Shown: positions 1 through 9,665 of the stretch, piece by piece
How the letters are laid out: every line of letters starts with the position of its first letter
Numbering within the stretch: the first letter of the stretch is position 1
Assembly (NCBI GenBank): GCA_964644695.1
Contig: CAZXWN010000003.1
Location: 62,001-126,000, forward strand
DNA length: 64,000 nucleotides
From: an uncultured bacterium
Lineage (GTDB): Bacteria > UBP4 > UBA4092
Direction of reading: 5' to 3'
The notes under the pieces: generated by a model
What the model saw: the letters and a program-made list of their open reading frames with translations, nothing else
The model's database searches: none
What the model was told of the DNA's origin: nothing
Position numbers and translations under genes: made by a program

Positions 1-1
1 A

Positions 2-79
2 AAGGACTGCCCGTATTGTTGTAGTGCTATTCCACTTCCGGCAAAGAAGTGTCCTAACTGTACCTCAGAACTATCATAA
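2..79 (+). CDS. 3' end of a gene with a C-terminal CxxC-x10-CxxC zinc ribbon, probably MscL (partial)
   Basis: Frame 2 reads KDCPYCCSAIPLPAKKCPNCTSELS*. This resembles the zinc-ribbon tail found on many MscL proteins. The rest of the gene is outside the window. Confidence 0.55.
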   Translation, partial: KDCPYCCSAIPLPAKKCPNCTSELS

Positions 80-100
80 ATCACTAAATTAAAGACAGTT

Positions 101-148
101 AACTCACCGCTCTATTTTGTTTTATAAAAATTGAAGGGTGAGTTTTTT
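101..148 (+). terminator. Probable intrinsic terminator
   Basis: AACTCACC...GGTGAGTT inverted repeat followed by a T-run, just downstream of the partial CDS. Confidence 0.5.
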
Positions 149-218
149 CCATTCAGACCAAAATTCTCATAAAATGAATAGATTATTTAATTTTGATTGA
201 ACTGGGAAAGGATTTTCC

Positions 219-2546
219 ATGGAGTCATCAGAGAAAGTTATGAATGTTTTAAACCTGCCATTACCTCAGGGTGGCAGATTTGCTTTGGACTTGGCGTACG
301 ATAAGGTTATCCGGATTCGTTTCACACAAGGTCAGGATTTTGAGCCAGACTCAAGTTATGCTGTGGTTCAAAATCGTTGGTTGGATATCCCGTACACTAT
401 TACTGAGAAAAAGAAATTATATACAATATCGACGGAACTTCTCACCATTAAGGTCTCTCTTTCTCCTTTTGCCCTGACAGTGACCGATAAATCTGGGAAA
501 CTTCGTTATCAGACTTCTGGTGAAGGATTGCAGCTGCACAAAGAATCTTGGAAATTGACTGCTACATTGGAACATGGTGAAGGAGTATTTGGTCTGGGTG
601 AACATGGCGAGACTCTCAATCGAGTTCCCGGCAGATTTCGATTCTGGAATAACGATGAGGATCAGGATTTCGTTTTTAAGCAGTATTATTTGAATATTCC
701 GGTGGGTATTTCTCATCTTCCGAGTGAGAAGACGCACCTGTTCTTTCTGGATAATCCCGGAGAATCTTTTCTGGATGTGGGGCAGAAGAACCCTTCTGAA
801 TTAACTTGGGAAGTGGAAAATGGTGATTTCCGGTTATGGTTAGTTTTTGGTGATAACCCCATAGATTGTGTTCGCATTTATTCCCTGTTGACCGGAAAGA
901 TGTTGCGTCCTCCAAAATGGGCTCTTGGATTTCACCAGTGCCGTTGGAGTTATGAAAACGAAAAACGGGTCCGGGATGTTACCAGTGAATATCGAAAACG
1001 AAAAATCCCCTGTGATGCCATCTGGCTTGATATCCATTATATGAATCAATACCGAGTATTCACATGGAATAATGAGCGGTTCCCCAATCCCAAGAAGATG
1101 ATTCAGGATTTAAAGAAAAACGGGTTCTCGACGGTGTGTATTATTGACCCAGGTGTTTCTATTGCTGAAGATTATCACTGTAGTGCAGAAGGATTGAAGG
1201 AAAATCTGTTTCTGAAAGCCCTCTCAGGTGAGTTGTATATAGGCCGATGCTGGCCTGGGGAAGCCTATTATCCTGATTTTACCAATCCCAAAACTCGGAA
1301 GTTCTGGGGCAAATGGCAAAAAGAAGCTCTTCTGGATATCGGAATTGATGGCGTTTGGAATGATATGAATGAGCCTTCTGTATTCCATATCGAAAAACCA
1401 AAAAGGGTTCTTAACCCTTCCTTGATTCATTATGATTTTGGTCAGTATCGTCCCCATAAGCGGATTCACAATATTTATGGTTTGGGAATGACTCAGGCTT
1501 GTCAGGAAGGCCAGTTGGAGGCTCGCCCTAATATTCGTCCCTTCACTCTCACCCGTTCTGGATGGGCTGGAGTTCAGCGGTACACTGCCGTTTGGACTGG
1601 AGACAATCGGTCAGCATGGACGAATATGATGCCATGTATTGGATTGAATCTGAATATGGGATTATCCGGTGTGCCATTTGTTGGATGTGATATTGGTGGC
1701 TTCGCAGATAATGCGACTCCAGAATTATTCGTTCGTTGGATGGAATGGGGTGTCTTCCAACCTTTCACGCGAGCACACTCAACCCTTAATACCATTGACC
1801 ACGAGCCGTGGAGTTTTGGAAAAGATGCAGAAAAACACCTCCGCCGGCTAATTGAACAACGGTATAAATACCTTCCCTATATCTACACTCTTTTTGTAAT
1901 GGCTTCTGAAACCGGAGACTTGATTAATCAACCGTTAATGTATGCTTTCCCTGATGATCCTCAGGCTTGCCGGATTGAAGACCAGTTTATGGTCGGGCCA
2001 TCGCTTATGTTGGCGCCTGTTCTTGAGCCTGGGAAAGCCAAACGAGCTGTCTATCTTCCAGAAGGAACCTGGTATGATGGTCGGACTGGAGATAAATTCA
2101 CTGGAAACCAATGGATTCTCTTGGATACTCCCTTGGGGTATTCCCCGATATTGTTCCGGGAAGGTTCTGTTATTCCCACTCAACCGGTTCGGCAGCACAC
2201 GAAAGAACCAGAACCGGAAGTGACGATTCTTGATGTCTGGCCCGGCGATGTGTTTGATGGTGTTCTTGTCGAAGATGATGGAGCTACCTTTGCCTATCGT
2301 GATTGGCAGGAAGCCCGTACCTTATTTGGAGGTGGAAAAAATGAGCGGGGTTATCGGCTCAATATCTCTGCCGTTGTAGGTTCTTTTGAGCCAGTTCGGA
2401 AAACATGGGAAATACGGTTCCATGGGGATAACATCAAAACTATTCTTTCAAATGGAAAACCTCTCAAATTCACCCAACTGGAATATGTTGTCGCTACATC
2501 TGTCCCAGACAACCGCAAATTAATGATTCTCGACTTCCTGTACTAA
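219..2546 (+). CDS. Glycoside hydrolase family 31 (alpha-glucosidase/xylosidase-like)
   Basis: PPKWALGFHQCRWSY, WLDIHYM, catalytic WNDMNEP, WTGDN and GCDIGGF motifs. Confidence 0.93.
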   Translation: MESSEKVMNVLNLPLPQGGRFALDLAYDKVIRIRFTQGQDFEPDSSYAVVQNRWLDIPYTITEKKKLYTISTELLTIKVSLSPFALTVTDKSGKLRYQTSGEGLQLHKESWKLTATLEHGEGVFGLGEHGETLNRVPGRFRFWNNDEDQDFVFKQYYLNIPVGISHLPSEKTHLFFLDNPGESFLDVGQKNPSELTWEVENGDFRLWLVFGDNPIDCVRIYSLLTGKMLRPPKWALGFHQCRWSYENEKRVRDVTSEYRKRKIPCDAIWLDIHYMNQYRVFTWNNERFPNPKKMIQDLKKNGFSTVCIIDPGVSIAEDYHCSAEGLKENLFLKALSGELYIGRCWPGEAYYPDFTNPKTRKFWGKWQKEALLDIGIDGVWNDMNEPSVFHIEKPKRVLNPSLIHYDFGQYRPHKRIHNIYGLGMTQACQEGQLEARPNIRPFTLTRSGWAGVQRYTAVWTGDNRSAWTNMMPCIGLNLNMGLSGVPFVGCDIGGFADNATPELFVRWMEWGVFQPFTRAHSTLNTIDHEPWSFGKDAEKHLRRLIEQRYKYLPYIYTLFVMASETGDLINQPLMYAFPDDPQACRIEDQFMVGPSLMLAPVLEPGKAKRAVYLPEGTWYDGRTGDKFTGNQWILLDTPLGYSPILFREGSVIPTQPVRQHTKEPEPEVTILDVWPGDVFDGVLVEDDGATFAYRDWQEARTLFGGGKNERGYRLNISAVVGSFEPVRKTWEIRFHGDNIKTILSNGKPLKFTQLEYVVATSVPDNRKLMILDFLY

Positions 2547-2564
2547 ATCCAGTTATTCTTTCTT

Positions 2565-2604
2565 AAGTGTGGAGTTCTTCCTCTTGAAGAATTCCACACT
2601 TTTT
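2565..2604 (+). terminator. Intrinsic terminator
   Basis: AAGTGTGGAGTTCTTC-ctctt-GAAGAATTCCACACTT followed by T-tract. Confidence 0.8.
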
Positions 2605-3034
2605 ATATATTTATTCCTGAGTTGGAAAATAATCAAACAATAAAAAAACAACAATTGGTTTTAATTTTAAACATATAAATATCATGAAAGCCTCGTCATT
2701 ATTGGGTTCTACGATTTTAATAAATATTGAATAGTGTTTTTTATATTGTAAATAATGCCAAAAATCAAAGCACTGGACAAAATGTGTCCACTCGATATTT
2801 ATAGTCTGTAGTTGTATAATACATTTGGGTTTAAGTTTTAAAAAAATGCAGTAACTTAATAATTGTTTTGCGGTTTCCAACCGAAAGATGATGTGGGAGA
2901 AAACTGTCTGTTATTGTGGGAATTTGAGAGTTTAATAGTAGGTTGTAATTTTTCGATGCGGTTTCCGTGAATCAATGATGTATTACGCTCTTTTTCTCTC
3001 TTAGGTTCTGCGAAAAGTTATTACGAGTAATCAT

Positions 3035-4819
3035 ATGAAGGAAATACATACAGACAAATCAGATACGTTTCTGGTTGTAGTTCAGGATGATACTAATACT
3101 GTTCTCTTAGGTGCGGGGACAATCCCTTTTTCTAAACCAACAGAGTTTCATGGGAAAGAACTCTACAATCTCTTTCCTGAAGTGTATCATCAGAAACTGC
3201 ATCAGTTCATGTATCGGCTGCAAAGAAACAGGATTCAGTTAGACCGTCTTTTCCATATTGAAGTTGATGGGGTCCTGAAAACTGTTTATTTGTCGGGCAT
3301 TTCCCGTAGAGGGAAAACTCTGATTTTGGGCGGGCTCCATGCTCTTGATTTCCCAGGTCATTTAAAAAACTATCTCAATGTTTCTGCTCTGGAAGCGGAT
3401 AAGTACGGTTTTATTCCAAAAGAAATTCTAAGTTTATTGCGAGAACGGGATATCTCCGATTCTGCCACAGAAAACACAGTTTATTCTGTGGAAGACGAGC
3501 TACCCTTCCTCACAAGCTGGGACTATTTTAATATCACGCTAACCAGTATGGATGATGCTGTAATATCCACAGATCGACTTGGCCGTGTTGTCTATATGAA
3601 CCCTATCGCTGAAGGAATTACCTCCTATACTCAGAAAGAAATAAAAGGTAAAAACCTGGGTGAACTGTTTGAGATTAAATGTAATATGTTTGATAATCTC
3701 CATGAAGCCTTAGATACCTGCCTGGTTACTGGAAAACGGTTTTCGTTAGATACAAACTCCACTCTAATCAACAAAAATGGCTGGGAGATTCCCATTCAAG
3801 GAACTCTGGCGCCTATTCAAGATAAAAAAAACCTGATGTATGGAATGATCTTGGTGTTCCGTGATATTACTCAAAACGTATTGACTGAGTTATCGCTCCG
3901 AAAAACTCAAGAGACACTTCAGAAAATCATGCAGACTACACCAGATCTGATTACGGTCTATGATTACGAACAAAAACAGACAGTGTTTGCCAACCATGAA
4001 TTCTATAAACGGCTTTTCCCTCAAGTCCCTGTCGATTCCCCAATTTCTCGGGATATGTTATATCAAATTGTATTTGAAGACGACTACCACATCATTCAGA
4101 ATACTCATATCAAAGTGTTAGATTTAAAACCAGGTGAAAATGCTGAATTTGAGTTTAGGGTTTATTATCCTGATGGTGATCTCCGCTGGTTGTCTTCACG
4201 ATTCTCCTGTTTCCAAAAGGGCCCTGACAATATCGTTCAACAGGTTTTGATGGCAGCCGCTGATATTACTGATCGTAAGATGGTCGAAACTCAGATCATG
4301 AAGTTGGCCGTTCGGGATGGATTGACGGGTTTATTTAATCATCGTGAGTTATATCTGGTATTGAATGAAGAGATAGAGCGAACCATCCGTTATGATTCCG
4401 AGTTTTCTCTTATTATGGGTGACTTGGACCACTTCAAAGATTTTAATGACAAATATGGACATTTAGCGGGTGATGAAGTACTGCGTAATGTGGCTCAGAT
4501 TATTCGTTTCCAGGTTCGAAACCTTGATAAAGTGTTTAGATATGGGGGAGAAGAGTTTATGATACTGATTCCCGGGACAGATACGGATGGTTCGGTTCAA
4601 CTGGCAGAGCGATTAAGAGAATCTATTGAAAGATCGAAAGTGCAGCTTCCAGATGGAACTCACCTCTCGGTCACAATGAGCTTTGGTGTCGCTAATGTCC
4701 GGGATATTATGGTCAGAACACCCAATGCAATGGTGAATGCCGTTGATAAAGCCCTCTACCTGTCGAAGAATACCGGTCGGAATAAAGTAACTCTCTACAT
4801 GCAGAAATCCAACCTCTAA
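3035..4819 (+). CDS. PAS/PAC sensor diguanylate cyclase
   Basis: Two PAS-PAC units (ending FRDIT and ADIT), DGLTGLFN, DLDHFKDFNDKYGH, intact RYGGEEF, and an RxxD I-site (RNLD). Confidence 0.93.
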   Translation: MKEIHTDKSDTFLVVVQDDTNTVLLGAGTIPFSKPTEFHGKELYNLFPEVYHQKLHQFMYRLQRNRIQLDRLFHIEVDGVLKTVYLSGISRRGKTLILGGLHALDFPGHLKNYLNVSALEADKYGFIPKEILSLLRERDISDSATENTVYSVEDELPFLTSWDYFNITLTSMDDAVISTDRLGRVVYMNPIAEGITSYTQKEIKGKNLGELFEIKCNMFDNLHEALDTCLVTGKRFSLDTNSTLINKNGWEIPIQGTLAPIQDKKNLMYGMILVFRDITQNVLTELSLRKTQETLQKIMQTTPDLITVYDYEQKQTVFANHEFYKRLFPQVPVDSPISRDMLYQIVFEDDYHIIQNTHIKVLDLKPGENAEFEFRVYYPDGDLRWLSSRFSCFQKGPDNIVQQVLMAAADITDRKMVETQIMKLAVRDGLTGLFNHRELYLVLNEEIERTIRYDSEFSLIMGDLDHFKDFNDKYGHLAGDEVLRNVAQIIRFQVRNLDKVFRYGGEEFMILIPGTDTDGSVQLAERLRESIERSKVQLPDGTHLSVTMSFGVANVRDIMVRTPNAMVNAVDKALYLSKNTGRNKVTLYMQKSNL

Positions 4820-4912
4820 AATTTGTAATTTTCCGATTATGGATTAGTTAACCTCATCACAGACTTGCCGGTTAGTGATAGAATCAAATGAAGAGGAAGG
4901 TAATCTCATATC

Positions 4913-6094
4913 ATGAAAAATGTCTATTTAGATAATAATGCAACCACCCGGGTGGCTCCCGAAGTCCGGGATGCGATGCTCCCTTATTTTAATGAACAGT
5001 ATGGCAATCCATCAAGCCTGTATGACATTGGATATTCGGCAAAGGATGCGGTCAAAAAAGCTCGTGAACAGGTCGCCGCTTTATTAGGTTGTGAACCGGA
5101 TGAGGTCTTTTTTACCAGCTGTGGCACCGAGTCAGATAATTCGGCCATTATCGGCGCCCTGTGGGCTAACCCTCATAAACGGCATGTCATCACGACGACT
5201 GTGGAACATCATGCCATTGGTTATGTCGCCGAATCCCTGGAGAAAAAAGGATTCCCTGTCACCTTTGTGGAAGTGGATCAAGATGGAAAGCTTGATTTAG
5301 ATACTCTGAAAAAATCCATTACGGACCAGACGGCGATTGTGTCTGTCATGTGGGCAAATAATGAAACCGGAGTGATTTTTCCAATTGAAGAAATAGGTCA
5401 GTATTGTCGCGAACGGGGTGTTTTATTCCATACCGATGCGGTTCAAGCCGCAGGTAAAATTAAATTCAGTTTGAAAGATTCCCCCATTGATTTGTTATCT
5501 ATCTCGGGACATAAGCTTAACGCCCCCAAAGGTATTGGGATTCTTTACAAGAAAAAAGGAATTTCCTGGGAACCTCTCATGAAGGGTGGACAGCAGGAAC
5601 AGAGTCAACGACCCGGAACTGAAAATGTTCCTTATATCGTAGGTATGGGTGTTGCCGCTGAGCTGGCATTATCCACTTTCGATGAAGAATATAAACAGAT
5701 TTCTTCTCTAAGAGATTATCTTGAATCAGAAATTGAAAAACGAATTCCAGACGCTCGGATTACTGGAAAGAACTCACCCCGCCTGCCTAACACCTGTCAC
5801 ATCTGTTTCAAAGGGGCAAAAGACGATGCCATGATCCATTTATTGAATACTTATGGAGTGGCAGCTTCCTCTGGTTCTGCTTGCAACACGGAAAGTGATG
5901 ATGTCTCCCATGTACTGCGTGCAATGAAAATACCAGAAGAATATATTCGAGGTTCCCTGCGGCTTTCTCTGGGGCGATATAACACCCGCGAAGACATTGA
6001 TACAGTCTTGGATATATTGCCGAAGGTTGTGGAACGCACACGCAAAGCAAAAGCCCGGCGGGCTGAAGCCATTGCTCAGGATAAAGATAAATAA
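4913..6094 (+). CDS. iscS: Cysteine desulfurase (NifS/IscS family)
   Basis: YLDNNATT, ANNETG, HTDAVQ, SGHK (PLP lysine) and SSGSAC (catalytic Cys). Confidence 0.95.
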   Translation: MKNVYLDNNATTRVAPEVRDAMLPYFNEQYGNPSSLYDIGYSAKDAVKKAREQVAALLGCEPDEVFFTSCGTESDNSAIIGALWANPHKRHVITTTVEHHAIGYVAESLEKKGFPVTFVEVDQDGKLDLDTLKKSITDQTAIVSVMWANNETGVIFPIEEIGQYCRERGVLFHTDAVQAAGKIKFSLKDSPIDLLSISGHKLNAPKGIGILYKKKGISWEPLMKGGQQEQSQRPGTENVPYIVGMGVAAELALSTFDEEYKQISSLRDYLESEIEKRIPDARITGKNSPRLPNTCHICFKGAKDDAMIHLLNTYGVAASSGSACNTESDDVSHVLRAMKIPEEYIRGSLRLSLGRYNTREDIDTVLDILPKVVERTRKAKARRAEAIAQDKDK

Positions 6095-6107
6095 CAATAT
6101 GTAAAAT

Positions 6108-6142
6108 AAAAAGCCCTCATCGCAAAGATGAGGGCTTTTTTT
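6108..6142. terminator. Bidirectional intrinsic terminator
   Basis: AAAAAGCCCTCATC-gcaaa-GATGAGGGCTTTTTTT between convergent genes. Confidence 0.85.
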
Positions 6143-6154
6143 ATCTATGATTCA

Positions 6155-6808
6155 TTAACCAACATCATCCAGAGCCCGAACCCGGAAGGTAGCACCTAGG
6201 TCAGTGGCTATTTGACGACACTTTTCAACATCAATCTCCGGTACAGTCACTACGGTACATTCCACTACGGGAATTACTGCGACACATTCCTTAATAAACT
6301 CCAGGATTGCGGGGTATGTTTCTTCTCCCCATAGGGGTTGAGTGACTTTATTGTAGAGTTCAGCATTCTCCGCATTCAGGCTGATATCCACCATATCAAT
6401 CAATCCTGCCAGTTCCGGGACGATATTTCGTTTATGAATGAGGTTGCCATGCCCATTTGTTACCAGACGGACATAGGACCCACGGTCTTTACAATATTTA
6501 GCTACTTCCTTAAGGATATCCAACCGGAGTGTCGGTTCTCCATATCCACAAAACACGATTGACCGGTATTTTGTTGGATCACCTATCGCATCCAACACTT
6601 CTTGAAGTGTCGGCTGGTAATCAATATGAAGATTGTAACCACGGACACAATCTGTCTGAAATCGGACACAGAAATAACACGCATTGGTACAGTCTGTTGT
6701 CAGATTCAGGTACAGGGAATTTCGAATTTCGTAGGCAACTACAGGCTTCTGATTCTCGGAATCTTCCGTCCGGCATTTTCCAAGTTTGTAGGGATTAACA
6801 TCGTCCAT
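6155..6808 (-). CDS. TatD-associated-type radical SAM protein
   Basis: LYLNLTTDCTNACYFC (CxxxCxxC), VFCGYGEP, TNGHG and SLNA motifs; GGAGG Shine-Dalgarno before the ATG. Confidence 0.85.
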   Translation of the reverse strand: MDDVNPYKLGKCRTEDSENQKPVVAYEIRNSLYLNLTTDCTNACYFCVRFQTDCVRGYNLHIDYQPTLQEVLDAIGDPTKYRSIVFCGYGEPTLRLDILKEVAKYCKDRGSYVRLVTNGHGNLIHKRNIVPELAGLIDMVDISLNAENAELYNKVTQPLWGEETYPAILEFIKECVAVIPVVECTVVTVPEIDVEKCRQIATDLGATFRVRALDDVG

Positions 6809-6841
6809 GATTGCTTCCTCCGATTGGGGACTCCGGGCTTA

Positions 6842-7069
6842 TAAAAAAATAAATCCGGGTGGATGTTAAGCGAGGTATATGAGGATAATTTCGGATTTTG
6901 TTTCCAGGAATGTGAAAATTTAGTGGGATTGTCGAACTGAGCGAGGTCGGTCTCCACATTCAGATCTGGAATAGTTATGGGCATCCACCCGGAGGCTTGT
7001 ATTTTCAAAGTATTCTTCACTGAGATGAATTTATATTGTCCAAACAATTTGGACTCTTCAGTGATAACG
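6842..7069 (-). ncRNA. Candidate structured non-coding RNA or leader (family unknown; strand tentative)
   Basis: Perfect 12-bp inverted repeat 6854-6865/6982-6993; nested stems 6902-6914/6955-6971; second hairpin domain 7017-7064; sigma70-like promoter upstream and U-tract downstream on the minus strand. Confidence 0.5.
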
Positions 7070-7074
7070 ATTAA

Positions 7075-7103
7075 AGTATACAACCCCCGACTCTTGTTTG
7101 CAA
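7075..7103 (-). promoter_or_regulatory. Sigma70-type promoter
   Basis: TTGCAA-17 bp-TATACT on the minus strand. Confidence 0.6.
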
Positions 7104-7264
7104 TCAAAATTTTACTCATTTTTAAAAATATTTTTATTGATGTAAACAGTCCGGAAAATGCCAATATTTCAATCCTTGATTATCAATGAACTAGATTGAT
7201 TTCCTCTATAAATCGCTGCTTATTTTATTTTACACGACCTCCGAACAGATGACGAATCTCAAAT

Positions 7265-7301
7265 AAAAAAGCCCCGCTTCGAAACCGAAACGGGGCTTTT
7301 T
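7265..7301 (-). terminator. Intrinsic terminator of the acetate-CoA ligase gene
   Basis: AAAAAAGCCCCG...CGGGGCTTTTT hairpin with A/T tracts on both sides. Confidence 0.8.
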
Positions 7302-7324
7302 ATTTTTAGTCGTATTAAAGAGAT

Positions 7325-9454
7325 TTACTTGATTAAAATCCTGCCGTCAGCGACTCGGCAGCCCTGTCCTTCAGGATAGACGATTAATGGATTGATGTCG
7401 AGTTCTGTAATATCTTCCACATCGGTAACCAGCTGTGACAGGCGAAGCAGGGTATCAGCAATGGAGTTGATGTCAGAGGCAGCGGCACCACGGAATCCAG
7501 ACAACATCTTGTAGGATTTGATGGATTTAATCATGTTATAGGCGCCGGCTTCACGCAGCGGAGCAAGGCGGAAGGTGACATCTTTGAATACTTCAACATA
7601 GGTTCCGCCGAGACCGAACATCATCAAAGGACCCATTGCTGGATCACGGTTCACACCGAGAATAACTTCGTTTCCACCTTTGGGTAACATTTCCTGCATG
7701 TTTACACCCCAAATCTTGGCCTTGGGAGCTTTGACTTTGACGGATTCCATCATGCTGTCCCATGCGGCGGCAACTTCTTCCTTGGAATTCAGGTTCAGTT
7801 TGACACCACCGACATCGATTTTGTGAACGATGTCTGGAGAAGCAATCTTCATGACCACAGGATAACCGAACTGTTCACCCATGGCGATGGCTTTATCTCT
7901 GTCTTCGGCTAAACCGTATTTGATGACCGGGAAACCATAGGCTTTAAAGACAGCAAAGGATTCCATTTCCGGCAGGTAAGTACGGCCTTCGGCACGGGCT
8001 TTGGCGATAATATCTAAAACGGCTTGTTTATCAACATCGAATTTCTTGAAATCAGTCTGAGTCCGGGCTTTCCAGTTCACAAACTGCACCATCTTGGCAA
8101 AGGCTTTGCAAGCACCTTCGGGGAACTTGTAATGTGCCATACCATGAGTTTCGAGATAACGGACACCTTCATTCACCTTGACTTGACCGATGAAGGTGGA
8201 AAGTAATGGCTTTCTGGCGTTCTTACCCAGTTCAACGATAATCTTGGCAGTTTCAAGTTCCTGAGTATTGGACTGTGGGGTGAGGACGCAAATGACACCA
8301 TCAACATTCTCATCTTTCATGACGGCTTCTAAAGCAACCTGATAACGGTCGGCAAGCGCATCACCAATAACATCGATAGGATTGGCTAATGATGCTGTGG
8401 CTGGAAGTTTCGGGCCGATTTCGGCTTTCACTTCATCGGTAATAGTGGCTAACTGTAAACCACACTTGATGGCCATATCTGTGGCCATGATTCCAGGGCC
8501 GCCGGCATTGGTGACGATGGCGATTCTGTTTCCATCCGGAAGTGGGCAGCGTGAGAAGGCCAGCGCATAATCAAACATTTCATCGAGGCTTTCAACACGG
8601 AGAACACCGGACTGAGTAAAAATGGCTTCGTAAACATTATCAGAACCAGCCAATGACCCGGTGTGGGATGATGCAGCTTTGGCTCCTTGGGCAGTTCGGC
8701 CGGACTTGATGGCGATGATGGGTTTTGGATTTGTGGTATTGCTGGTGATTTCACGCGCAACACTGATAAAAGTTTGTGCATCACTGATTTGTTCCAGATA
8801 TAACAGGATAACATCGGTCTGTGGGTCGTCCTGTAAATACATCAGGAGGTCTGTTTCAGTGACATCCGCCTTGTTACCCATGGAGATGAATTTCGAGAAT
8901 CCGATATTCTGGCCGCGGGCATAATCCAGGATGGCGGTGCCGAGGGCGCCGGACTGAGAAATTAGGGCGATATTGCCGTGGGCGGGCATTCCACCAGGAG
9001 CAAAAGATGCGTTCATCTGAACGGCCGGGTCGGTATTGATAACGCCCAGGCAGTTCGGCCCAATGATTCGGATACCATACTTCTCTGCAATCTCTGAAAT
9101 CTGGGCTTCAGCTTTCTTTCCTTCAGCACCAATCTCTTTGAAGCCGGCGGTGATAATAATGACGCCTTTAACACCCTTCTGACCACATTCTTCCATGACC
9201 TGTGGAACGAATTTGGCGTTGACAATAATGACCGCCATATCCACTTCATCTGGAATACTGGAGACCGACTGATAGCAGCGGACACCACGGATACTGTGGG
9301 ATTTCGGGTTGACGGGATAAATAACTCCATTGAAGCCACCAAACAGGAGGCCATCAAAAAGGTCCTTACCTACGGTATGGTCCTTTGAGGATGCACCGAT
9401 AACCGCAATCGATTTGGGTTTGAACAAGCAATCTACTGGTTTGAAACAAGGCAT
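7325..9454 (-). CDS. Acetate--CoA ligase (ADP-forming), fused alpha/beta
   Basis: CoA-binding PKSIAVIGAS, GPNCLG, SQSGALG, phospho-His SHTGSLAG, and ATP-grasp motifs HKIDVGGV and ELDINPL. Confidence 0.92.
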   Translation of the reverse strand: MPCFKPVDCLFKPKSIAVIGASSKDHTVGKDLFDGLLFGGFNGVIYPVNPKSHSIRGVRCYQSVSSIPDEVDMAVIIVNAKFVPQVMEECGQKGVKGVIIITAGFKEIGAEGKKAEAQISEIAEKYGIRIIGPNCLGVINTDPAVQMNASFAPGGMPAHGNIALISQSGALGTAILDYARGQNIGFSKFISMGNKADVTETDLLMYLQDDPQTDVILLYLEQISDAQTFISVAREITSNTTNPKPIIAIKSGRTAQGAKAASSHTGSLAGSDNVYEAIFTQSGVLRVESLDEMFDYALAFSRCPLPDGNRIAIVTNAGGPGIMATDMAIKCGLQLATITDEVKAEIGPKLPATASLANPIDVIGDALADRYQVALEAVMKDENVDGVICVLTPQSNTQELETAKIIVELGKNARKPLLSTFIGQVKVNEGVRYLETHGMAHYKFPEGACKAFAKMVQFVNWKARTQTDFKKFDVDKQAVLDIIAKARAEGRTYLPEMESFAVFKAYGFPVIKYGLAEDRDKAIAMGEQFGYPVVMKIASPDIVHKIDVGGVKLNLNSKEEVAAAWDSMMESVKVKAPKAKIWGVNMQEMLPKGGNEVILGVNRDPAMGPLMMFGLGGTYVEVFKDVTFRLAPLREAGAYNMIKSIKSYKMLSGFRGAAASDINSIADTLLRLSQLVTDVEDITELDINPLIVYPEGQGCRVADGRILIK

Positions 9455-9665
9455 TCCACTAACTCCTTAGTGATTTATTGTGATGATTAAAAATGGAGTC
9501 CGAGGTTCGGGTTACAGCTTGCAGAGAACAGGGGTCGTAGTCCGGCTCCTATACCTTGGAAACGGCATCTCGCTCCCTCAGACTTCGTTGTTTTTTAAAG
9601 AGCAATCCCTGAATTTATTCAGGCACACACGCTCCCTGTTTGAAATACATAAGAAGCGATTATGT

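Noticed and set aside
2611..2880. 89-aa minus-strand ORF
   Set aside because: Very AT-rich promoter region of the diguanylate cyclase, TTG start without a clear SD, and no motif.
6739..7164. 141-aa minus-strand ORF
   Set aside because: Overlaps the radical SAM start and crosses the promoter and inverted repeats; no recognisable domain.
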